NCBI GenBank assembly: GCA_026936335.1
Contig: JAPMXV010000063.1
Coordinates: forward strand, 1 to 64,000
Reading direction: 5' to 3'
From: Mantamonas sphyraenae STR306
Taxonomy: Eukaryota > Protista > CRuMs
Length of the DNA stretch: 64,000 nucleotides
Part shown: piece by piece, positions 56,902 through 64,000 of the stretch
How the letters are laid out: each line of letters starts with the position of its first letter
Numbering within the stretch: position 1 is the first letter of the stretch
Notes under the pieces: model-generated
The model's database searches: none
The model's input: only the letters and a program-made list of their open reading frames with translations
Told to the model about the DNA's origin: nothing
Program-made: the position numbers and the translations under genes

Positions 56902-57004
56902 ACATAAACACACCCTTCCTCCCCATCCCCATCCATCCTATCCCCCTCCCTTCCCCCTCTCCCTCCCTCCTCCCCGCTCTCACCACCACAACAAAACAAC
57001 CCCG

Positions 57005-59470
57005 ATGTCCGCCGACCTCTCCTCGTTTGCCGAGGCCGAGTTTGACGTGCGGGCGTGGATCAACAGCACACTGGCGCAACAGGAGCAAGGGGTGGGACCA
57101 GAGACGATTGCCAACCTGGAAATGAGTCTGTTGGGACAGGCGAGGCAGCTGGGGGCGGAGCTGGAGCAGACGGAACAACGCCTGCTCAAGAGTCTGCCAC
57201 GCACCCTGCGGGAAATCTCCAAACTGCGCAGGGACACAGAGGCACTGAACAGCCAATTGGAGGTGATTGCGGGGGCATTGGAGGAGTTGGAGGCAGCAAG
57301 CAGTCACTCGGTGGAGACGATTGCGCGGTTGGAAAAGGTCAAAGAACGCATCCAAACGTGCCGTGCCACGTTGCAAGAGGCAAGCAACCTGGACAGCCTG
57401 CAACGTAGCATCCAGAGTGAGTTTGACAACGCATCCATGGCCAACTACGCAAGCATTGCGGACAAGTTGGGTGATTTCGAACACAGTGTGGGTGTGTTGC
57501 AGCACGTGGAGCAGTTTGCCAGCGCCAAAGAGGAGCTGGCACGCTTCCAGACCCAACTGCAGGAGCTGCTCATGCCACAACTGCGTGAGGCATTCAGCAA
57601 CCAAAGCACACAGCTGGCCATGGAGCTGATTGACATCTGCACCCAACTGGAGAGGCAAGAGGAGGTGGAGACACAGTACCTGCATGCTCGCAAGGTGCCC
57701 ATCCTCAAGTACTGGGCTCTGTTTGACCAACACGATGCCATGTTCCACGAATGGTTGCCAGGTTTCTACGACCATGTGCTCATGCTGCTGGACAAGGAGA
57801 AGGCATGGACCGCAAACGTGTTTGCACAGCCACAACACGACACCATGGTTGCCTCCCTCCTCATCGACACCCTCTCTTCCATCTACAAGGCATTCCGCAC
57901 ACGTGTCAGTGCCCATCTCGAGGGCAAGGGTGCACAGGCCCTCCATGCCCTCCTGGAGCTCTATGATCTCACCCAGGGATTTGCCACCAATGTCAAGGTG
58001 TTGCTGGGCACCCAACACATGGATGCCACTGTGCAACATGCCCTCCACATGGCCATCTACAAACCCTTCTTTGATTACCAGGCTGCCTATGCCCGTCTGC
58101 AAAAGGTGGCCCTGCAGATGGCCACCAAGCGTCTCCGTGACATTCCCGTGGGCAAGAGCTACCAGGATGCCGTGTCCCATCTCTTTGAACTCGCCGACCA
58201 GGCTGTGGACCATTGTGTCAAGCTCACAGCCACCACAGAGAGCGTGGGACTGGTCCAGAGTCTTAGCGACGTCTTTGTCGAGTTTGCCCAGCTTCTGACC
58301 AGCAAACTCAAGCAACTGGAGCAGCAACAAACACAACAGGAGAAGCAGCAACACATGCAATCACAACAACAGCAGCAGCAGGGCTCACAGGAGGATGATT
58401 CGGGCAGCAGCAGTGTGGATGAGGATGAACGACACGCTGCCCAGGTGCAACATGCCCTGGAGCTGCTCCTGGGCAGTGCTCGTCTCGTGGATAAGTTGCG
58501 AAGCTTCCAGCAGAGTCTGGTCCTTCAGTTGGGGTCGTATCGTGCAGAGGTATTGGATGTCCTCAGTGCTGCATCGTCATCATCATCATCATCATCATCA
58601 TCGGGCACCACACGCATGCTGGGGGTGCACAACAAGTCTCATCCCGAGGCCATTGTGTCTGGTTGTCTCCATCTCTCTCTCAATCCCAAACTCATCCCTG
58701 TCCTCCGCGGCTTCCTCCAACAATTGGGCAATCTCGACGACGCCGACTCTTCCTCCTCCTCCCACTTCACCCACCTCAGTGCCGCCCTCCGTGCCTTTCA
58801 TGCCTACAACGACACCCTCCGGGCCTATGTCCTTGACGTCATGATGCGACCCATGCGTGCCAAACTCCTCACTGTCCCGTCCCTCCCCGTCTGGCAGGAC
58901 CAAGAGGCTGACAACCCTCTCCAGCTGCCTACCTTTGACCCTGTGGCCTCATCCTACGTCACCAGCATCGGAGAGCACCTCATGAACGTGCCCAAGCTCC
59001 TCATCCACTTTGCCGACGCAGGCAACTCCATCATCTCTGCAGACCCGTCTCTCGTCGACATGCTTGTGCCCACAGACGCACCCACCACCCATACCTCCTC
59101 CTCCTCCACCGCCGCCACCACCACCGGTGATGCCGACGACGACGCCTCTGCTGTCCCCGCCGCAGCCTCCGAGGACTTTGCCTTTCTCTGGGTCGACTCG
59201 GTGGCCCGTGGCATCACCGCAACCTACACAGAACGTATCTTGCTCATCAAGCGTCTCTCCATGCCCGGTTGCAGGCAGCTCGCTGAAGACATTCTCTACT
59301 TTGGATCCGTGCTCACCGCCGTTGCCGTTTCCGACGACGGCATTCTCTCTGACATCGGCGCCCTTGTCGCTGCACCTGCGGACCAGTTCCAGGATGTCCT
59401 GGCAGACTGCGAACATATCGACGCATCGCGCGCCAACGTGGTCGCGAGAATCCGCGGAATCGAGGCATAA
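57005..59470 (+). CDS. COG7: Conserved oligomeric Golgi complex subunit 7
   Basis: N-terminal DLSSFAEAEFDVRAWIN; LPTF...SYVTSIGEHLMNVP; C-terminal QLAEDILYFGSVL, all matching COG7. Confidence 0.88.
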   Translation: MSADLSSFAEAEFDVRAWINSTLAQQEQGVGPETIANLEMSLLGQARQLGAELEQTEQRLLKSLPRTLREISKLRRDTEALNSQLEVIAGALEELEAASSHSVETIARLEKVKERIQTCRATLQEASNLDSLQRSIQSEFDNASMANYASIADKLGDFEHSVGVLQHVEQFASAKEELARFQTQLQELLMPQLREAFSNQSTQLAMELIDICTQLERQEEVETQYLHARKVPILKYWALFDQHDAMFHEWLPGFYDHVLMLLDKEKAWTANVFAQPQHDTMVASLLIDTLSSIYKAFRTRVSAHLEGKGAQALHALLELYDLTQGFATNVKVLLGTQHMDATVQHALHMAIYKPFFDYQAAYARLQKVALQMATKRLRDIPVGKSYQDAVSHLFELADQAVDHCVKLTATTESVGLVQSLSDVFVEFAQLLTSKLKQLEQQQTQQEKQQHMQSQQQQQQGSQEDDSGSSSVDEDERHAAQVQHALELLLGSARLVDKLRSFQQSLVLQLGSYRAEVLDVLSAASSSSSSSSSSGTTRMLGVHNKSHPEAIVSGCLHLSLNPKLIPVLRGFLQQLGNLDDADSSSSSHFTHLSAALRAFHAYNDTLRAYVLDVMMRPMRAKLLTVPSLPVWQDQEADNPLQLPTFDPVASSYVTSIGEHLMNVPKLLIHFADAGNSIISADPSLVDMLVPTDAPTTHTSSSSTAATTTGDADDDASAVPAAASEDFAFLWVDSVARGITATYTERILLIKRLSMPGCRQLAEDILYFGSVLTAVAVSDDGILSDIGALVAAPADQFQDVLADCEHIDASRANVVARIRGIEA

Positions 59471-59528
59471 ATTTTGATTCACACCAAAAATCACAAATGT
59501 AGTCGTTGAACACGGATTTATACATCAA

Positions 59529-60959
59529 TCAAAAATTCTGCCGGTAGATCACCTCGGGCATTTGCACACCGTCACCGTCACCACAATGCGCGCTGCACGT
59601 GTACACCGCGAGCGTACCAAAGTCGGGAGAGGCACCTGCGTCCACTCGGGCCAGGATTTGTGGCATGACCTGAAACTCAAACTGGCGTTCGGCCCCGCAG
59701 CGCTCACATGCCGCGGGCGCCCATTCGTCGCCAGGTTGGTTGTTGTCAGAGACCCACAATGGAGTGCCGCCGAGACTGTATCGCACACACTCGTCGACAG
59801 TGCGACGTGTAAACGCGTCGAATTGCTTGTCTGTGTGTTTGGCGGCATCGGGCAGCTCCTGCTCCACACTCTTCCAGTCCTCCTCACTCACTTTGTCTGT
59901 GCCATCCCGCTCCTCCTTGGCCTTTTGCATGAGCAACGCCTTTGCTGTCTCCAAATCCTGCTCGTCGTCGTCGTCGTCGTCATCCTCCTCGTCGTCGTCG
60001 TCATCTTCTGCAGCGTGTTTGGCCTCTGCCTCTGCATCCCATTCCTCCTCCTCAATGACCAGCGCCCATTCGGGAAACACAAGCCGGGAGCGTTTGTCGA
60101 CGTCGGCAAACAGCTGTGCAATGGCAGTGGCATCCCCCTTGGCCTGCTGCAACTTTGCACACTTGTGCCTGTGTGCCCTCTTCCAATCATCCACCTGGTG
60201 TCTCTTGCAACAGTAATGGACAGCGGTGCATGCGGCACACGTCTTTGTGGCCAATGCACCACACACCATACACATGTGCAAGCCATGGCTCTCTGGGTGC
60301 CACGGCTCCCCGTTCCCCGACGCCACCGCACAGGCATACACAGCCCCATACCCATACACCTGTGCCTCTGCCTCCACCTGACTGTCATCCTGCAGGGCAT
60401 ACGGTTCCACACCGTAGTATGTGTTGTGCAGCGGCAACTGCGCACGGTACACGGCCATCCCGTTGCACCCGGGCTGTGTGCACACCCACAGACTCAGAGT
60501 GCGATGGAATGCCTCATCCACACCAGGCACAGGTGCATACAACTGCACAAGGAAACTCAACTGTCGTTCGCCACACTCTTGGCACGCAAGCGTGTCCGCG
60601 TCCAAAAGTTGGTCGGCCGCAAGCCAGGCCTGGAGTGTTCTCGGGTCAGCACTCGTCCATCTCCATGCATCCAACCACACACACACACACCACACCACAC
60701 ACACACACACACACTGGCTGTGTGTCATGTCATCCTTCGATCTCCCCTCCCCTGCCCCTCCCCCTTCCTTCCTTACCGGGTGTCCGCCCACTTTGGACGG
60801 CAAGTACTTTGCAATCAAGGGCGGCGTGTCGTAGTCCACGTCGCCTGCAGGCTCTGCAAACCCCAGACGCACCACCTCACTCTGCCCACTCGCCCCAGCG
60901 TCCGAATCATCCGTCGATGATGAGGATGAGGATGAGGATGATGATGATGAGGATGACAT
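59529..60959 (-). CDS. PDCD2: Programmed cell death protein 2 (zf-MYND plus PDCD2_C); exons 60959-60777 and 60629-59529
   Basis: VRLGFAE, SKVGGHP|AWL, FLVQLYAP, FHRTL, MYND finger CMVC...CAAC...YCCKRHQVDDWKRAH, CERCG.ERQFEFQVMPQ, DFGTLAVYTC. Intron GTAAGG...GCTGAC...CCAG. Confidence 0.92.
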   Translation of the reverse strand: MSSSSSSSSSSSSSSTDDSDAGASGQSEVVRLGFAEPAGDVDYDTPPLIAKYLPSKVGGHPVRKEGGGAGEGRSKDDMTHSQCVCVCVVWCVCVWLDAWRWTSADPRTLQAWLAADQLLDADTLACQECGERQLSFLVQLYAPVPGVDEAFHRTLSLWVCTQPGCNGMAVYRAQLPLHNTYYGVEPYALQDDSQVEAEAQVYGYGAVYACAVASGNGEPWHPESHGLHMCMVCGALATKTCAACTAVHYCCKRHQVDDWKRAHRHKCAKLQQAKGDATAIAQLFADVDKRSRLVFPEWALVIEEEEWDAEAEAKHAAEDDDDDEEDDDDDDDEQDLETAKALLMQKAKEERDGTDKVSEEDWKSVEQELPDAAKHTDKQFDAFTRRTVDECVRYSLGGTPLWVSDNNQPGDEWAPAACERCGAERQFEFQVMPQILARVDAGASPDFGTLAVYTCSAHCGDGDGVQMPEVIYRQNF

Positions 60960-61028
60960 TTGGTCCTGCTGGCCAGGCAAGCGGGGGCGGAAGGAAACCA
61001 ACCCATCCCCCCTGTTTCCAAAAACGCA

Positions 61029-61919
61029 ATGCACCCATCATCCACGCAACCAAGGTCCCATGGACTTGTGGTGGCCATGGTGGCAGTGTGTTTGGTTGCG
61101 TTGTGCACACCCACGTGTGCATGGGAGGTGCACCTGAACTCTGAGCAACGTGTGGACGACGGGCAACTCCACACAGCGCCACAGGCATGCACCCTGGCCG
61201 GCAACCAGGTGACATTGCATGATAGCATCAATGGGAGCAGCAGCAGTGGAAGCAGTGGAAGCAATGGAGGCAACACACGGACACTCAAATACACTCTGGT
61301 GGGCATGCCAGCCGGTGTAAGCTGCGAGGTGGTGTTTGTGCGAACGTCACCCACCACACGTGTGCTGTGGGTGCGTCTCACAGGCAATGGAGACGCCGAT
61401 GTGCAGGTGCGGTGGTCCATTGCCTCATGCGACGTCAACGCACGCCCCAAGTTTGGCAGTGTGGATCCCAGCGCCTGCAAACCCCTGGGCTTGCCATCCC
61501 TCCAACCGGGTCTCTACTTTGCCTCCCGTGACGAGAAGCAGCCGGCCTCACGCCCCTGCGACCAGTTCCGTGACGTCGACTGCATCTACCAATGTGGTTA
61601 TTCATTGTGTTCGGCACTGGAACAGTTCAAGTACCAACTCATGTTCACCGCAGACGACACTCGCACCGCACGGCTCTCCCAGCAGGGCTTGTGTCAGTTT
61701 GCGCCGGGTGCCCACTTTCCCACCTTTGACCAAACCGTTGCGTTGAACATTGCCAGTGGCGTGTTTGCCAAACCAGACCAGACCCCGTCTTGCTCCTCAT
61801 TGATTGAGAGTGCTCCCCGTGCAAGCCTTGCCTCCTCCACATCATCGCCCCTCTCCTCCATTACTATCCTCTCCTCCCTACTTCTACTCTCTTTCCTGCT
61901 GCTGTGGCCCTCCCATTGA
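61029..61919 (+). CDS. Secreted, probably GPI-anchored Cys-containing protein of unknown family
   Basis: Signal-like LVVAMVAVCLVALCTPTCA; Ser-rich spacer followed by the hydrophobic C-terminal ITILSSLLLLSFLLLW. Confidence 0.65.
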   Translation: MHPSSTQPRSHGLVVAMVAVCLVALCTPTCAWEVHLNSEQRVDDGQLHTAPQACTLAGNQVTLHDSINGSSSSGSSGSNGGNTRTLKYTLVGMPAGVSCEVVFVRTSPTTRVLWVRLTGNGDADVQVRWSIASCDVNARPKFGSVDPSACKPLGLPSLQPGLYFASRDEKQPASRPCDQFRDVDCIYQCGYSLCSALEQFKYQLMFTADDTRTARLSQQGLCQFAPGAHFPTFDQTVALNIASGVFAKPDQTPSCSSLIESAPRASLASSTSSPLSSITILSSLLLLSFLLLWPSH

Positions 61920-61979
61920 TCAGTGGTGGTGGTGGTGGTGCCCGGGAACAGAACAAACGATGCTTCTTCATTTTCATCT

Positions 61980-64000
61980 TCAATCTCGCCACTTGGATTT
62001 GCCCTTGCCCTTGTTCTTGAACAGAGACGATTTGAGGGAAGACACAAGCTTGTCCATGCCCTCCTGTCCCCCGCTCTTTCCTCCTTTCCCTCCCTTGTCC
62101 TTTCCACCGTTCTCCTCCACACGCCGTCGTTTCCTGTCTCCTCCCTCGCCTGCATGAGCACCACCCCTTCCACCACCCCTTCCACCTCGTCCACCACCCC
62201 TTCCACCTCGTCCACCTCCTCGTCCACCACCTCGTCCACCACCTCGTCCACCACCCCTTCCACACCCTCCCACCACCCCTTCCACCCCTCCCACCACCCC
62301 TGCCACCACCTCGTCCACCCCATCCACCACCCTCTTCCCTCTCCTCCCTGCTTCGTTTCCTCTGCGCCGCTCGCTTCTCCATGATCTGCTCCCGCACGTA
62401 CAACGCCTTGCGGTTCTCCACCGAAAACTCCATGATGGGACGCCACTGGTCACCCAACACATGTGGGTTGTTGTTCAACGCACGCAACACCGCCAATGCC
62501 TCCTCGTGACTGCCACAATCCACAAACCCAAACCCACGTGCCTTGGCCTTGCCCGTGGTTTTGTCCTTGCGTCGCGGATCCCTCTCCACCTTGGCCTCCT
62601 TCACCTGTACAGTGAACCCCTGCTTCTCCGCCACGTCCTGGATAAGATTGCGCATTCCCTGTTCGTCCATGTCTCGCGGCAGATTCCTCCACGACAGACG
62701 CGTGGGCGACACAAAGAAGTTGGGGTTGCCCAGCTTCTCCATCTTGCTCTTCTGTGCCCGCATGCGCTTCTCCATGTACTCCTGTGGCAGAGATTGACCC
62801 AATTCACTCTGTGGATCGATGTTGCCCTCGTCGGCCAGGTACAGGTTGCGTTTGTCCTGTGCCTTGCGCTTGTTCTTGCCCGTGGCCTTCAGTTCCGCCG
62901 CACGTTCCCGATCCACAGCAAGCACCACCGACAGCACACGTCCACCCAATCGAATGCCCCCATCTGCTCCTGCGTGTTCCACCGTCTGTGCTTTGACTCC
63001 CTTTTCCTCACGCTTGCGCCGCAGCTTGTTCATCTTGCTTTGGAACCCGTCCTCCTCCTCATCCTCCTCCTCATCATCATCATCATCATCCTCATCCTCA
63101 TCAGCGTCATCAAAGCGACTGTGTTGCTTGCGTGTGCTCCTCCCCTCTGCCTCTGCCAGACACGCCTCTACACCGTCTTTGTTGGCAAATTGCACAAAGG
63201 CCATGCCCCGGGAACGCCCGCTTTCCTTGTCCACCAACACCTTGCACAGCTTGACCCGGCCAAACTCTTCAAACGCCTCTCGAACCTCCTCTTCACTGTT
63301 GTCATACGACAGATTGCGCACAAACACCGTCTGGCCTTCGTTCACATCGTTGTATCGCTTCTTCTTGTGATCGTCGTCCTCATCATCCTCATCATCCTCG
63401 TCCTCATCCTCATCATCCTCATCATCCTCATCATCCTCATCATCCTCCTCATCCTCATCATCCTCCTCATCATCCTCCTCATCCTCATCATCGCCTTCGA
63501 TGGCCATATCCCCCTTCTTCTTCTCATACTCCTCGCGTGCAACACACCAATCCACCGCAATGGGTCTGCTCTTCAACTTGGCCCCATTGAGCTTGTTCAG
63601 TGCCTGGATGGCATCCTTCATGACCGCAAACTGCACAAAGGCAAACCCTCGAAACAGGCCCCGGGCATCCTTGGGCATGACAATCTCGCTGATGTACCCA
63701 AACCGCCCAAACAGGGCCTGCAACTGTTTCTCCTTGACCCGAAAGGCCAGGTTGCGCACAATCAAACGACACTTCTTGGGTTTGGGTTCCTCCATGAAGC
63801 GTACCGTCACCTTGTTGCCTCCAAACGTCTTGCCATCCATGCGTTCCCACGCCGCACGTGCATCCGCAATGCTATCGTACTCCACCACCGCCTGGTTGGG
63901 TGAACGTCGTTCCATACTCACCACCTTGACCCCTCCCTTCTTGGCCCTGTTTTCCACTGTTTTGTCCTTTGTCTTGCGTCCCATGCCGTCAATCACCAGC
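61980..64000 (-). CDS. RBM28: Nucleolar multi-RRM protein RBM28/Nop4 (5' end outside the window); frameshift near 62261-62267
   Basis: RLIVRNLAF...GFAFVQF...RPIAVDW, acidic linker, TVFVRNLSY, DKRNLYLADEG, NPNFFVSPTRL, ALNNNP...RPIMEFSVEN. The RGG tail and KSKWRD terminus lie in the adjacent frame (ORF 61980-62462). Confidence 0.92.

Noticed and set aside
18451-62267. Programmed ribosomal frameshifting as an explanation for the breaks at 18451, 33188 and ~62263
   Set aside because: The A-runs sit in different codon phases, there is no adjacent stop or shared signal, and the paralogous right arm lacks the extra base. One break hits a G-run repeat in the normally essential RBM28. Homopolymer indel errors are more parsimonious.
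1-64000. rRNA, tRNA, transposase, reverse transcriptase or recombinase genes
   Set aside because: None recognised; nearly all sequence is accounted for by protein-coding genes and short spacers.

Overview
Left chromosome end of a very compact, GC-rich, flagellated single-celled eukaryote. It shows a TTAGGG-type telomere at 1-196, short GT-AG spliceosomal introns, the standard genetic code and the ciliary genes TCTEX1D2 and an ODF3/STPG-like gene. About 25 genes are packed mostly head-to-head or tail-to-tail, usually with spacers of 20-200 bp. Recognisable housekeeping genes are RPA43, eIF2-beta, a class B DnaJ, COG7, PDCD2, RBM28/Nop4, nurim-like and RmlD/MAT2B-like. The dominant structure is a ~19.7-kb palindrome (arms 31005-39336 and 42326-50671) formed by two divergent ~3000-aa surface-receptor genes sharing a 188-bp promoter. 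Each has a different beta-propeller-like head and a stalk of 837-bp IPT/TIG repeats in which every unit carries an arm-specific ~80-aa module (A on the left, B on the right). Both end in near-identical Cys-rich and multipass membrane domains. The right arm ends in a chimeric junction that mirrors the chromosome end. Other unusual proteins are a five-fold BtpA/SgcQ-like TIM-barrel protein, an EF-hand membrane protein with two apparent RFX/D5-type winged helices, an FHA-like/RING/UFSP fusion, and a telomere-adjacent gene made of four copies of an unrecognised domain. Three single-base frameshifts (18451, 33188, ~62263) are most likely assembly indels. All domain calls come from manual motif recognition; no searches were run.
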